Positions 29,568 through 39,847 of a DNA stretch of 64,000 nt are shown here, one piece after another. Source of the stretch: Gammaproteobacteria bacterium (GTDB taxonomy: Bacteria; Pseudomonadota; Gammaproteobacteria; JBCCGL01); the NCBI GenBank assembly GCA_965277715.1, contig OZ255836.1, positions 2,240,001 to 2,304,000 of the forward strand, in the 5' to 3' direction. Under the pieces are notes generated by a model that was not told the origin of the DNA, did no database searches, and was given only the letters and a program-made list of their open reading frames with translations. The position numbers were made by a program, and so were the translations under genes. The first letter of the stretch is position 1, and the number at the start of each line of letters is the position of its first letter.

Positions 29568-30577
29568 GCGTTGCTCGCCTCGACCAGGTTGGCCAATGTG
29601 TGGCCAGCCTGGCCAGAGGCAATCACCTGCCGCGCCCGGCTAATGCCCAGTTCAAGTGAGCCCACTAACCCGGCGACATAAATAGCGGCACCGGCATTCA
29701 GACAGACAATATCGTGCGCCGGGCCACGGGTATCCGCCAGTACTGAGCGGATCATCGCCAGGCTCTGCTGCGGGCCATCGACGCGTATTGTGGCAATATC
29801 GGCCTGTTGCATGCCAAATTGCTCAGGATCAATGCTATAAGTACTAATCTCACCCTCGCGCAATTCCGCGATGTAGGTTGGCGAGCAAATACTGATCTCG
29901 TCCATGCCATCGTCCGCGTGCACCACCATCACATGATGGCTGCCCAGCTTTTTTAACACCTGCGCCAGCGGCTCCACCAGCTCACGGCTGTAGACACCCA
30001 ATACCTGATTGGGCGCACCGGCCGGATTGGTCAGCGGCCCCAGCACATTAAAAATAGTGCGCACAGCCATTTCCTTGCGTGGCCCAATGGCGTGTTTCAT
30101 CGCGCCGTGGTGCTTTACCGCAAACATAAACCCCACGCCCACATGGTTCACGCAGTTGACGATCTGCTGCGGACTAATATCGAGATTAACACCTGCCGCT
30201 TCGAGTAAATCAGCCGCCCCGGATTTACTCGAAGCGGAGCGGTTACCGTGCTTGGCAACGCGTGCACCGGCGGCAGCGGCGACAATCGCACTGACGGTGG
30301 AGATATTAAATGTACCGCTGGAATCGCCCCCTGTACCGACAACATCCACCAGGTTTTCGGTGTTTAGCTCGACGCGTGTGGCCAGCCCGCGCATCACATC
30401 AGCGGCCGCCGCTATTTCATCAACTGTCTCGCCCTTCATGCGCAGGCCAATTAAAAAGCCACCAATCTGTGCGGGAGTCGCCTCGCCGGTCATGATCTGC
30501 TGCATCACATCATGCATTTCATCGGTGGATAAATCGTTGCGCCCGATCACCGAGGCAATAGCGTGTTGTATATTCAT
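29564..30577 (-). CDS. trpD: Anthranilate phosphoribosyltransferase
   Basis: [31 protein letters not shown]. Confidence 0.97.
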   Translation of the reverse strand: MNIQHAIASVIGRNDLSTDEMHDVMQQIMTGEATPAQIGGFLIGLRMKGETVDEIAAAADVMRGLATRVELNTENLVDVVGTGGDSSGTFNISTVSAIVAAAAGARVAKHGNRSASSKSGAADLLEAAGVNLDISPQQIVNCVNHVGVGFMFAVKHHGAMKHAIGPRKEMAVRTIFNVLGPLTNPAGAPNQVLGVYSRELVEPLAQVLKKLGSHHVMVVHADDGMDEISICSPTYIAELREGEISTYSIDPEQFGMQQADIATIRVDGPQQSLAMIRSVLADTRGPAHDIVCLNAGAAIYVAGLVGSLELGISRARQVIASGQAGHTLANLVEASNA

Positions 30578-30634
30578 AATTAGGGGTTTTGCCTTATCAG
30601 CCAGGTTATTTTGGGCGGAGTTTAACAGAAAAAC

Positions 30635-31591
30635 CTAGCCGGTCAGCAGCCACCCGGATTTCGCCATAAAGAGAAAACCGGTGATACTCACCACCGCCAA
30701 CAGCGTCGATACAACCACAGCGCTGGAAGCGCGCTCCTGCCAGATTGAATACTGCTGCGCGATAACAAACACATTGGTCGCCGTCGGCAACGCCGCCAAC
30801 AGTACCGCCGAATAGAGCCACAACGGGTTTAGACCGGGCACCAGCCAGACCAATAGACCATAAACCAATAACGGGTGCACGATCAGCTTGGCGGGCACGA
30901 TATAACACAGCTCAAGTGGTACACGCTTGAGTGGCCGCAACGCCGCCGTCACCCCCATGGTAAACAGCGCGCACGGCCCCGCCGTTTGCGCGAGGAACTC
31001 CAGCAGCGTTTGTACCGCCAAAGGCGGAGTAAAACGCGCCACCGCCGCCAGCACACCAGCCATCGTCGCGAGTATGAACGGGTGGGTAAAAATCTTGCGG
31101 AATATCCCCTTCACCAATGCACCCGTCGATTCGCGCTGCCCGCTATCAATCGCCATCAATAGCGGTGCCAGCGTAAAGTGCATGACATTTTCAAAACAAA
31201 AAATCAGCGCGACCGGCACCCCAGCGGCCGGGCCAAAGGCGGCGATGGCCAGCGGTGGCCCCAGGTAACCAATATTGCCGTAAGCGGCGGCAAGCCCCTG
31301 AACAGTCGCCTCACCCGTGCTGCCATGGCGGCAGCGGCGCGCCCACAAAAAGACCAGACAAAAAATCGCCAGAGTGGCAAACAGCGACACCGCAATAAAA
31401 CTGATGTTGGCAAACTGCTGCACCGGGGTGCGCGATAACAACTGGTAAAACAGCGCAGGCAGTGCCACATAGACGATAAAAAAATTCATCCACGCCAACC
31501 CTTCAAAAGGGATCTTCACCAGCCTCCCGGCAATATAGCCCAGAAAAATCAACCCAAATAAAGGCAATACCAGATTGATTACCGTTAACAC
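30635..31591 (-). CDS. AEC (auxin efflux carrier) family transporter
   Basis: VALPALF, NIGYLGPPL, KLIVHP, AALPTATN; about 10 TM helices; start placed at GTG 31591. Confidence 0.88.
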   Translation of the reverse strand: MLTVINLVLPLFGLIFLGYIAGRLVKIPFEGLAWMNFFIVYVALPALFYQLLSRTPVQQFANISFIAVSLFATLAIFCLVFLWARRCRHGSTGEATVQGLAAAYGNIGYLGPPLAIAAFGPAAGVPVALIFCFENVMHFTLAPLLMAIDSGQRESTGALVKGIFRKIFTHPFILATMAGVLAAVARFTPPLAVQTLLEFLAQTAGPCALFTMGVTAALRPLKRVPLELCYIVPAKLIVHPLLVYGLLVWLVPGLNPLWLYSAVLLAALPTATNVFVIAQQYSIWQERASSAVVVSTLLAVVSITGFLFMAKSGWLLTG

Positions 31592-32910
31592 TCGGCGCGT
31601 GCCTTCCACAGCTCCCAGGCAAATTTTGACCTAACACCAATATCCAGCAGCGGGCGCGGCGGCACCGTATCCGGCTCCCCCAGGCTCTGCATATAACCGA
31701 TGAGTTCATTATCTTCGCCACAGGCCATATCGGCCACCAGCACACCGCCAATCGTGCCTTTGGTAACCCCCACGGCATTTTGGCAGACCGCCGTGTAAAC
31801 ATTAGGGGCGACGCAGCCAAACCCTGGCGAGCCATTTTGTGAGAGACAGAGAAAACCTGTCCAGGTGTATTCCATATCGACCTCAGGCAACTGGGGAAAA
31901 CGCTGATCAAACAAGGTCTTATGCCGTCGCTTGACTGCGGCGCGATAGCGGTCAGATTCGCACATCGATGGATTAAAGTAAATATTCTGCCGAATCAACA
32001 GCCGGTGATCCCGGGTAAAGCGCATCGTGATACCGGCAAAGGCATTGGCCGGTGTTAACCCCCAGTTTTCTTCACAGCCCAGTGCGCTGCGCTGCGCAGC
32101 GGTCAAGCGTTGGCTCAAGCTGGCATTGGCGGCAAAGGTCAGCAGTTTGCGTTGATAAAAACCAAAGCGGTCGGCAAAACCGTTCACACATAAGATCAAT
32201 TTGCTGGCAGACACCTGCCCTTTTGCCGTGCGCAGTTTCACCCCGCCGTTGTTCTCCAGCGCGACTACCGGGGAGTTTTCGTACAGTGTCACGTTTTCCG
32301 GCAACGTATCCGCCAGCCCCCTCACCAGCGCCGCCGGGTTGAGCAGGCGACAGCCGGGAGTGTGCACCGCTGCGGCAAAATGCCGGGTGCCCAGCCGTTT
32401 ATCCAGGTCGGTTTTATCGATCCATTGGTAGCGCTCGCCGAGCGCATCCAGCTCCCGGGCAAAGGGTTCGAGCACCTCACTCACCCCCTGCGGGCTAACA
32501 GCCGCGTGGTATTTTCCCGGTTGGCTCCAATCGCACTCAATCGCGTATCGGTCGATCTGCGCCTGATGGTAATCAATCGCCGCCCGCGCCAGTGCCATAA
32601 ACCGGTGCGACCCCTGCAGCTCCTCCATCGAACTCCCCACGTTGTGGGGCAGGTCGATAGCAAAACCAGAATTGCGACCGGATGCCCCCTCGCCCACCTG
32701 ATTCGCCTCCAGCAAGACAACGCGGTCCTGCGGGCGATTCTCTGCTAGGCGGCGCGCAGCGGACACCCCGGCAAAACCGCCACCGACAACCACCCAATCG
32801 GCTTTCTCCACAGTACTTAACGGTGCCTGCACCTCGCGTGGCGCGAGAATCCGACTCCAGCCATTTTCATCGTCATCTCGCGGCAATTGCTTAATAGCGT
32901 GCACCGACAC
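31585..32910 (-). CDS. FAD-dependent oxidoreductase (DAO/PuuB-like amine oxidase)
   Basis: VVGGGFAG, GASGRNSG, RFPQL, WTG. Confidence 0.88.
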   Translation of the reverse strand: MSVHAIKQLPRDDDENGWSRILAPREVQAPLSTVEKADWVVVGGGFAGVSAARRLAENRPQDRVVLLEANQVGEGASGRNSGFAIDLPHNVGSSMEELQGSHRFMALARAAIDYHQAQIDRYAIECDWSQPGKYHAAVSPQGVSEVLEPFARELDALGERYQWIDKTDLDKRLGTRHFAAAVHTPGCRLLNPAALVRGLADTLPENVTLYENSPVVALENNGGVKLRTAKGQVSASKLILCVNGFADRFGFYQRKLLTFAANASLSQRLTAAQRSALGCEENWGLTPANAFAGITMRFTRDHRLLIRQNIYFNPSMCESDRYRAAVKRRHKTLFDQRFPQLPEVDMEYTWTGFLCLSQNGSPGFGCVAPNVYTAVCQNAVGVTKGTIGGVLVADMACGEDNELIGYMQSLGEPDTVPPRPLLDIGVRSKFAWELWKARAEC

Positions 32911-32913
32911 AAC

Positions 32914-33273
32914 CTATCCCTCGTTCCAGTTAGCGGGTTGTACGGCGTAAGCCACCAGTGCGCTTTCTGATACATACGTCAGCGCAGTACCCGCCGGTAA
33001 CCACAAGCTGTCGAGTGGGTGCAGTTCATGCACCTCGCCCGCTGTGTGTACCTTCAAAACACCCTCAATCACTGTCAATACTTCGTCGTAGTGAATCGTC
33101 CACGGAATATGTGCCTGTTTAAACCGCGCAAAGCCGGTGCCGAGCGCCGACCCATCCTTCTCACCACAGGTTTCCACCACCTCGGCCATATGCCCGTACT
33201 CAAAACGCGGCATAAACGTGAGATCGGCGAATCGCTCGACCCGAACCGGAGCTTTTATCGGCTTAGACGACAT
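32914..33273 (-). CDS. EutQ-like cupin
   Basis: LGTGF, IPWTIHYDEVLTVIEG, WLPAGT. Confidence 0.8.
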   Translation of the reverse strand: MSSKPIKAPVRVERFADLTFMPRFEYGHMAEVVETCGEKDGSALGTGFARFKQAHIPWTIHYDEVLTVIEGVLKVHTAGEVHELHPLDSLWLPAGTALTYVSESALVAYAVQPANWNEG

Positions 33274-33405
33274 AGTGGTATTCTCTTGTTAGAAAAAATA
33301 TAAACTCGTACATTCAATTTTATACGCGCTGTAAAATCCATTTGCAATGGACATCAGCCCTCTGCAATCAGCCCCTCTATTCGAATAACCCGGAGACACA
33401 GCATC

Positions 33406-34944
33406 ATGCCCCGTCGTTCCAGAAGGCACCCGACACCAAACGCATCCACACAGCCCGATGCCAGCAAACGCAATACCGCTTACCGCGCACTGAAAAACCC
33501 CCTCATCCGGCAACCCGCCTTTTCACAGGATCGACTCCAGGCCATCCACCAAACCGCCCTACGCGTTATCCAGCAACTCGGCATTCGCGTGCTCAACGAC
33601 GAGGCGCGCCGCCGGTTTAAACAGGCCGGTGCACGCGTCGATGACAACACCCTGATGGTGCATATCGACCCGGCGATAATTGAATCGGCCCTCGCAACCG
33701 CCCCCAGCGAATTTGTATTACACGGCGCAACACCACAACACAACGTGACACTGGGGGGCGACAACATCGCCTTTGTCAGCGTCGGCGGTCCACCCCATAT
33801 CAGCGACCTCGACCGTGGCAAACGCAACGGCGCGCTGGAGGACACACGCAACATCATCAAACTATCACAACACTTTGATGTCATGCACATACAATCCCCC
33901 AACGTCGAACCACAAGACATTCCACTGCCGATCCGCCACCTGCACACCACCGAAAGCCAGCTCACACTCAGCCAAAAACCCTTCTTTATTTTTTCACGCG
34001 GCACCCCCCAGGTTGACGACGCCTTTGCGATGACGCGCATCGCACGCGGCCTCAGCGAAGCGCAATTCCGTGAGCGCGCCTACTGCTACACCGTAATCAA
34101 CACCAACTCCCCCCGGCAGCTAGACATTCCCATGTGCCAGGGCATCATCGACTTTGCCGAGGCCGGGCAAATGTCCGTCATTACACCGTTCACCCTGGCG
34201 GGCGCCATGGCCCCCGTCACCATGCCCGGCGCATTGGTATTGCAGCACGCCGAAGCACTGGCGGGCATTACCCTGGCGCAAATCGTGCGCCCCGGCGCGC
34301 CCGTGGTATACGGCTCGTTCACCTCAAATGTCGACATGAAATCCGGCGCGCCCGCCTTCGGCACCCCCGAGTTTGTCCAGGCGGCCTTCGGCGCCGGGCA
34401 GTTGGCCCGGCATATCAAACTCCCCTGGCGCGGCTCGGCGGCGACAGCCTCCAACGCCCCGGACGAACAGTCCGTCTACGAATTTATGATGTCCGCCTGG
34501 GGCAGTGTTTTAGGCGGAGTGAATATGTTGATTCACTCGGCTGGCTGGCTGGAAGGTGGGCTGACAGCCTCAATGGAGAAATACATACTCGATATTGAAA
34601 TGTTACAAATATTTGCAGAAATTTTTCAACCGCTGGTAAGCGATGATCCAGCCCTGGCCTTTGAGGCCATCGCCAGCGTCGAACCTGGCGGGCACTTCTT
34701 TGGTTGCGAGCACACCATGTCGCGTTATCAAAATGCCTTTTACACCCCCCTGGTTTCCGACTGGAGCAACTACGGCACCTGGCAGGAAAATGGCAGCAAA
34801 ACCGCCACGCAGCGCGCCAATGGCATTTGGAAAAAAATACTCAATGAATTTGAAGCACCGCCAATGGATGCGGGGGTTTACGAGGAATTGCAGGCATTTG
34901 TACGCAAACGTACAGATGAAGGGGGGGCGCCGCCGGAGTCTTAG
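33406..34944 (+). CDS. Trimethylamine methyltransferase (MttB) superfamily protein, non-pyrrolysine
   Basis: NSPRQLD, GAMAPVT, FTSNVDMKSGAPAFGTPE, HSAGWLEGGL, PGGHFFG. Confidence 0.93.
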   Translation: MPRRSRRHPTPNASTQPDASKRNTAYRALKNPLIRQPAFSQDRLQAIHQTALRVIQQLGIRVLNDEARRRFKQAGARVDDNTLMVHIDPAIIESALATAPSEFVLHGATPQHNVTLGGDNIAFVSVGGPPHISDLDRGKRNGALEDTRNIIKLSQHFDVMHIQSPNVEPQDIPLPIRHLHTTESQLTLSQKPFFIFSRGTPQVDDAFAMTRIARGLSEAQFRERAYCYTVINTNSPRQLDIPMCQGIIDFAEAGQMSVITPFTLAGAMAPVTMPGALVLQHAEALAGITLAQIVRPGAPVVYGSFTSNVDMKSGAPAFGTPEFVQAAFGAGQLARHIKLPWRGSAATASNAPDEQSVYEFMMSAWGSVLGGVNMLIHSAGWLEGGLTASMEKYILDIEMLQIFAEIFQPLVSDDPALAFEAIASVEPGGHFFGCEHTMSRYQNAFYTPLVSDWSNYGTWQENGSKTATQRANGIWKKILNEFEAPPMDAGVYEELQAFVRKRTDEGGAPPES

Positions 34945-34982
34945 CCCTTCCCAGCGGTTTACCCTGCTGCTGAACACCATCG

Positions 34983-35031
34983 TCTTCAGCACCTTAGACG
35001 CCCTCGCTACGATTCAACTGCGAAATTTAGG
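34983..35031 (-). mobile_element. Left end of family A MITE, inverted
   Basis: Reverse complement of cctaaatttcgcagttgaatcgtagcgagggcgtctaaggtgctgaaga. Confidence 0.85.
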
Positions 35032-35107
35032 CTTACTAACGCAAATAACACTATCTGCATGGTTTGAGTAGCTGGTACATATTTGACCCATCGCGTACTA
35101 TCGCACC

Positions 35108-36067
35108 ATGCAAATCGCCAACCCAATCTACGATGTCGTCTTCAAGTACCTGATGGCCGACGAGCGCGCCGCCAAGCTGATTATTGGTGAAATCATCGGT
35201 ATGGACGTCATCGACATCGCCCTGCAACCGCAAGAGCGCCTGGCCAACCTGACTGAAAAAAACCTCACCGTCTACCGACTCGATTTTTCCGCCAGGGTTA
35301 AAACCCGCGATGGGCAGTTCAAACAAGTCATTATTGAAATCCAGAAAGCCAAATACACCAGCGATATTATGCGCTTCCGGCGCTACCTGGGGCAGCAGTA
35401 CAGCGATGAAAAAAACGTCCACGCGACTGTTTCGGCCACGGGGCACAGCACATATCAGGCGCTGCCGATTATTACCATCTACTTTTTGGGTCATACGCTC
35501 AACCACTGCACAGCATCCGTTATCAAAGTAGGCCGAATCTATACCGATGCGATTACCGGCGAAACACTGGCCGACAAAGAAACCTTTATCGAAAGCCTGA
35601 CCCACGACAGCTATGTGGTACAAATTCCCTACCTGAAAGCCCAACGCCGCAACGACCTGGAGAAACTACTGGAAATATTCGACCAGGACCTACAGGTGGA
35701 GAACAGACACAGACTGTCGATTGATGAGACGCTGTTTCCAAAGAAATACCACGTATTGATCAGGCGTTTGCAGGCGGCGATTAGCGAACCAGAGGTTATC
35801 GACACCATGCAGATTGAAGACGAGATACTGCTGGAACTGCAAAACAAGGAACGCGAGATCGAGGCAAAAGAACAACTGGTTGAAGAACAAAGCAAAGCGC
35901 TTGAGGAAAAAGACCAGGCGCTTGAGAAGAAAGACCAGATAGTCAAAGAACAAGGACAAGCGCTTGAGAAGAGAGACCAAATAGTCAAAGAACAAGGGGA
36001 GGCACTTGAAGAAAAAAACAAATTAATCGACGAACTAAAAAGCCAACTCAAGAAGCTAACTGATTGA
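35108..36067 (+). CDS. Rpn-like PD-(D/E)XK nuclease with a repetitive coiled-coil tail
   Basis: ANPIYDVVFKYLM, RLDF, IEIQKA, RFRRYLG; heptad-repeat tail (ALEKKDQIVKEQG). Confidence 0.75.
   Translation: MQIANPIYDVVFKYLMADERAAKLIIGEIIGMDVIDIALQPQERLANLTEKNLTVYRLDFSARVKTRDGQFKQVIIEIQKAKYTSDIMRFRRYLGQQYSDEKNVHATVSATGHSTYQALPIITIYFLGHTLNHCTASVIKVGRIYTDAITGETLADKETFIESLTHDSYVVQIPYLKAQRRNDLEKLLEIFDQDLQVENRHRLSIDETLFPKKYHVLIRRLQAAISEPEVIDTMQIEDEILLELQNKEREIEAKEQLVEEQSKALEEKDQALEKKDQIVKEQGQALEKRDQIVKEQGEALEEKNKLIDELKSQLKKLTD
35915..35998 (+). repeat. 42-bp coding tandem duplication within a 21-bp periodic region
   Basis: caRgcgcttgagaagaRagaccaRatagtcaaagaacaaggR x2. Confidence 0.9.
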
Positions 36068-36109
36068 AACCAATACCCCGTCAATCCAAAATTGACACTG
36101 TATTAACGC

Positions 36110-36523
36110 TTACAGACTCTCTTCACAATCCAGACAAACCCCACTAATTTCCAATAGCGCATTTTTCATCGAAAACGCCGCGCCGTCAGCCAGCGACTGC
36201 AACCACTCGGGCAGGTGGTCGTCAGCCAGCTCGATAACGCTGCCACACTGCGCACAAATGGCAAAGGCAACCACCGCATGGCTGCCACATTCCGGGCGCT
36301 GGCAGGCGACAAACGCATTCAAACTCTCCAGGCGGTGGACAACCCCCAGCTCGGTCAACTTTGCCAATGCCCGGTACACCTGTTGTGGGGCGGCAATACC
36401 CTGATCGCGCAATTTGTCGAGCAGTGAATAGGCCGTTAACGGATCATTGGAACGACCCAATTGCGCCAGCACCAGTGATTGATTGCGTGTCAATTCGACT
36501 GTGTGGCCTTGCTTATTATTCAT
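36110..36523 (-). CDS. zur: Fur family regulator, zinc uptake regulator
   Basis: VYRAL, VHRLESLNAFVAC, two CxxC; downstream of znuCB. Confidence 0.88.
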   Translation of the reverse strand: MNNKQGHTVELTRNQSLVLAQLGRSNDPLTAYSLLDKLRDQGIAAPQQVYRALAKLTELGVVHRLESLNAFVACQRPECGSHAVVAFAICAQCGSVIELADDHLPEWLQSLADGAAFSMKNALLEISGVCLDCEESL

Positions 36524-36532
36524 AATATGGAT

Positions 36533-37330
36533 TCACAATTGGCGCCGACCCGGCCGGTACAACAAACTAACAATAAACAACAACAGCGCCGCCACAACAA
36601 TAGACGGACCGGAAGGCGTATTCCACTCAAGTGAACCAAACAACCCACCGAATACCGCCACCAGCCCAATCAACGACGCGATAACCGCCATACCCTCCGG
36701 GTTCAACGCAAAGCGGCGGGCCGTCGCCGCCGGAATAATAAACAGCGCGGTAATCAACAAAACGCCCACAATTTTTATCGAAATAGCAATCACCGTGGCA
36801 ATCAACAACATAAACGCAAGATTGGCGCGCTTCGCTGGCAAACCCTCAGCCTCGGCGATCTCCGCACTCACCGTAGCGGCAAACAAAGGCCGCCATATCC
36901 ACACCAACACACCCAGCGCCAGCGCACCGCCCGCGTAAATAATCGCAATATCCATTGTCGAAACGGCGAGAATATCACCAAATAAAAACCCCATAAGATC
37001 GACCCGCACCCACGTCATAAAAGCCAATATCACCAAACCCAAGGCCAGCGAAGCATGCGCGAGTAAACCCAACAACGCATCCGAGGAAAGGCTCTGCATA
37101 CGTTGTAACAGCAGCAGCGCGCTGGAAACCACCACCGCCACCACCAATACCGCCAATGTGGTATTGACCTCAAACGCCAGTGAGAGCGCGACCCCCAGCA
37201 AGGCCGAGTGCGCTACCGTATCACCGTAATACGCCATGCGACGCCAGATCACGAAACAACCCAATGGCCCCGCCACCAGGGCCACCCCCACACCCGCGAC
37301 CAGTGCACGGATAAAAAAATCATCAAACAT
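36533..37330 (-). CDS. znuB: Zinc ABC transporter permease
   Basis: GPLGCFVIWRRMAYYGD, LFGDIL, TPSGPSIV. Confidence 0.93.
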   Translation of the reverse strand: MFDDFFIRALVAGVGVALVAGPLGCFVIWRRMAYYGDTVAHSALLGVALSLAFEVNTTLAVLVVAVVVSSALLLLQRMQSLSSDALLGLLAHASLALGLVILAFMTWVRVDLMGFLFGDILAVSTMDIAIIYAGGALALGVLVWIWRPLFAATVSAEIAEAEGLPAKRANLAFMLLIATVIAISIKIVGVLLITALFIIPAATARRFALNPEGMAVIASLIGLVAVFGGLFGSLEWNTPSGPSIVVAALLLFIVSLLYRPGRRQL

Positions 37331-38108
37331 GGTTCACCCCCACTGCATCCTTTGCATCATCCACACCCTCAACACAGCCATTGAGGTGGTGGCTGTGGTC
37401 GTGATGATGGCGATAAATGGCCAATGCCGAAGCGGCCTTGTCGCCAAATAAGCGCTGATACGCCGGGTTTTCGACGACGGCGCTGGGGTGACCCTGGCAG
37501 CAAATATGCCCATTGAGGCACAACACTTTATCGGTTGAGGCCATCACCACGTGCAGATCGTGGGAAATTAATAATACGCCACTGCCCAGCTCATCCCGGA
37601 TGGCTGAAATAAGTTGGTACATTTGAATCTCACCGGAAAAATCGACACCTTGAACTGGTTCATCCAATACCAAAAGATCCGGCTTGCGTGCAATCGCACG
37701 CGCCAGCAGCGCCCGCTGAAATTCACCACCAGACAGCGTGCGCAGCCCGGATTTAGCCAAATGCGCAATACCTGTGCGTTCGAGTGCCGGGTGAATCTCC
37801 GCCGCCGATAAACGCCCGGTCAAACACATAAACTTTTCCACCGATAATGGCAGAGTCCAGTCTACCGACACACGTTGCGGCACGTAGCCAACCCGCAGTG
37901 AAGGCAAACGCTGCACACGCCCCTCATCCGGGGGCAATATACCCAGCGCCATTTTGGCGGTGGTGGATTTTCCCGAGCCGTTAGGGCCAATCAAGGTCAC
38001 TATCTCGCCCCGGTTGAGTGTCAAATCGACATCACGCACCAGCCAGCGCCCCTGGCGCACAATACCGGCATGGCTGAGTTGAAAGAGCGATTCAGGTAGT
38101 TTCGGCAC
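37323..38108 (-). CDS. znuC: Zinc ABC transporter ATP-binding protein
   Basis: GPNGSGKST, LSGGEFQR, CLNGHICCQG, His-rich tail. Confidence 0.93.
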   Translation of the reverse strand: MPKLPESLFQLSHAGIVRQGRWLVRDVDLTLNRGEIVTLIGPNGSGKSTTAKMALGILPPDEGRVQRLPSLRVGYVPQRVSVDWTLPLSVEKFMCLTGRLSAAEIHPALERTGIAHLAKSGLRTLSGGEFQRALLARAIARKPDLLVLDEPVQGVDFSGEIQMYQLISAIRDELGSGVLLISHDLHVVMASTDKVLCLNGHICCQGHPSAVVENPAYQRLFGDKAASALAIYRHHHDHSHHLNGCVEGVDDAKDAVGVNHV

Positions 38109-38138
38109 AATGATTCCAAATGCTTGTAAAATATTTTT

Positions 38139-38182
38139 GAAATGTTATAACATAACACATTGATGTTACTTTATAACATAAC
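38139..38182. promoter_or_regulatory. Two Zur boxes in the znuC-znuA divergent region
   Basis: gaaatgttataacataaca and gatgttactttataacat match the TGTTA-N5-TAACA Zur palindrome. Confidence 0.85.
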
Positions 38183-38397
38183 AGAAATACAGGCGTTGGC
38201 TGTGGATGAACACCCCACCCCTGGCCCCTCTTTAGCAAAGAAGGGGGGGGATGGCTTCGATAACGTGAGTAATGGCACCAGCGCTTTCCCTTAACCTAAA
38301 TTCCGCAAAAGCAACTTATTAATTGCTATTGAGCGAAAAAGAAACTAACGATTTTCCCATTGAATCCAATTAATAATAATCAGCGAACAAAATAAAA

Positions 38398-39306
38398 ATG
38401 CGTAAAACAGCCATTCAATTAACCGCCGCCTGCGTGCTGGCTTTTGCTATAAATACAGCAGCAGCGGACATCAATGTCGTCGTTTCGATCAAACCGGTTC
38501 ACTCGCTGGTCTCCGCCCTTATGCAGGGGACAGGCACACCGTTATTGATTGTCACCGGCGCCGAATCACCCCACAGCGACAGCCTCAAACCATCCCAGGC
38601 GAGCGCCATTGCAAGCGCCGATGTACTGTTTTGGGTTGGCCCCCAGTTAGAAACGTTTCTGCAAAAACCGCTTAAAATCATCGGTGTGCAGGCGACAGTC
38701 ATCACCCTACTCGATACCCCAGGGCTGATTAAACTGCCACAGCGTGAAGGTGGCGGCTTTGCAGAGCACACCGGGCATAACCATGCAGCGCACGAGGTGG
38801 ATACCCATATTTGGCTGGACCCACAGAATGCCAACATCCTGGCCACTAAAATCCACCGCGCCCTGCTTGAAGCTGACCCGGCCAACGCGGCACACTACAC
38901 CGCCAATTTAAACACCGTAACCGCAAAGCTGGATCAACTGACCGCCGAGGTAAAAACAATGCTTAGCCCGGTCACGGGTAAACACCCCATCTTCTTCCAC
39001 GATGCCTATCAGTATTTTGAGCACCGTTTCGGTATAACGGCGGCGGGGGTGATCACCGTCAACCCACATATCATGCCAGGTGCTGGGCGCCTGGCGGATA
39101 TTCAGGCAAAAGTAAAAAAACTGGGGGCTACGTGTGTCTTTTCAGAACCGCAGTTTCAGCCAAAGCTTGTGCAAACCGTTATTGAAGGCAGCAAAGCAAA
39201 ATCGGCCGTGCTTGACCCCCTGGGTTCACACCTGCCCGCCGGGCCGGATTTGTATTTTCAGCTTATTAAAGAAATGGCCAGGTCTGTTTTTACTTGTTTG
39301 CGTTAA
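38398..39306 (+). CDS. znuA: Zinc ABC transporter substrate-binding protein
   Basis: SIKPVHSL, SPH, HIWLDP, FHDAYQYFE, CVFSEPQF, LDPLG. Confidence 0.93.
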   Translation: MRKTAIQLTAACVLAFAINTAAADINVVVSIKPVHSLVSALMQGTGTPLLIVTGAESPHSDSLKPSQASAIASADVLFWVGPQLETFLQKPLKIIGVQATVITLLDTPGLIKLPQREGGGFAEHTGHNHAAHEVDTHIWLDPQNANILATKIHRALLEADPANAAHYTANLNTVTAKLDQLTAEVKTMLSPVTGKHPIFFHDAYQYFEHRFGITAAGVITVNPHIMPGAGRLADIQAKVKKLGATCVFSEPQFQPKLVQTVIEGSKAKSAVLDPLGSHLPAGPDLYFQLIKEMARSVFTCLR

Positions 39307-39339
39307 TACTTTCTCAACCTGGTGTTGATAGCGTAATAT

Positions 39340-39765
39340 TGAGGAATCGCTGTAATCTCATTCGATTTATTCGCTACTTTTTCCTGTCCCAATACCATAC
39401 TGTGGTGGTGCGACCAAGCACTGACCATATAGATCGCTGCCTTGTAACCGCTTTTATTCAGACTTGCTCGCAAACACTTACCGTCAGTAGCAATCACATC
39501 CTGCTCTGTAAGGCTGGCAATATCAGCCACCCAACGCGAAAAACACTGGCTAAACTGTTCGGTGTCCACTACGGCAAAGACATCGCCTAATGTGTCGTGA
39601 GACAGAATACCATTTTGTAAACCTAATACCTTTGTCAGCCACTCCTCATGAGCTTTACCGTATTCCTCTATAGCCACCAATTATCGGCACCTGAAATAAC
39701 TGCACACAGGGTTAGGAAGAGAATATCCGTGAGTTGGTATTTCTTTTGTCGGTCAACGCGAGGAG
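39340..39765 (-). pseudogene. ISAs1-family transposase fragment (frameshifted, truncated)
   Basis: PRVDRQKKYQLTDILFLTLCAVISGADNW / IEEYG...SHDTLGDVF...DGK.LR...KSNEITAIP. Confidence 0.88.
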
Positions 39766-39847
39766 GAGAGGTTGCCAAACGCACACTTGCTGATACACTG
39801 GCGCGGCACATTTTCCTGTAAATAACAGTAACGATTGGAGGAATTCA

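Noticed and set aside
18544-34944. Pyrrolysine recoding in the two MttB genes
   Set aside because: Both frames are open at full length without an in-frame TAG, and no pyl genes are seen
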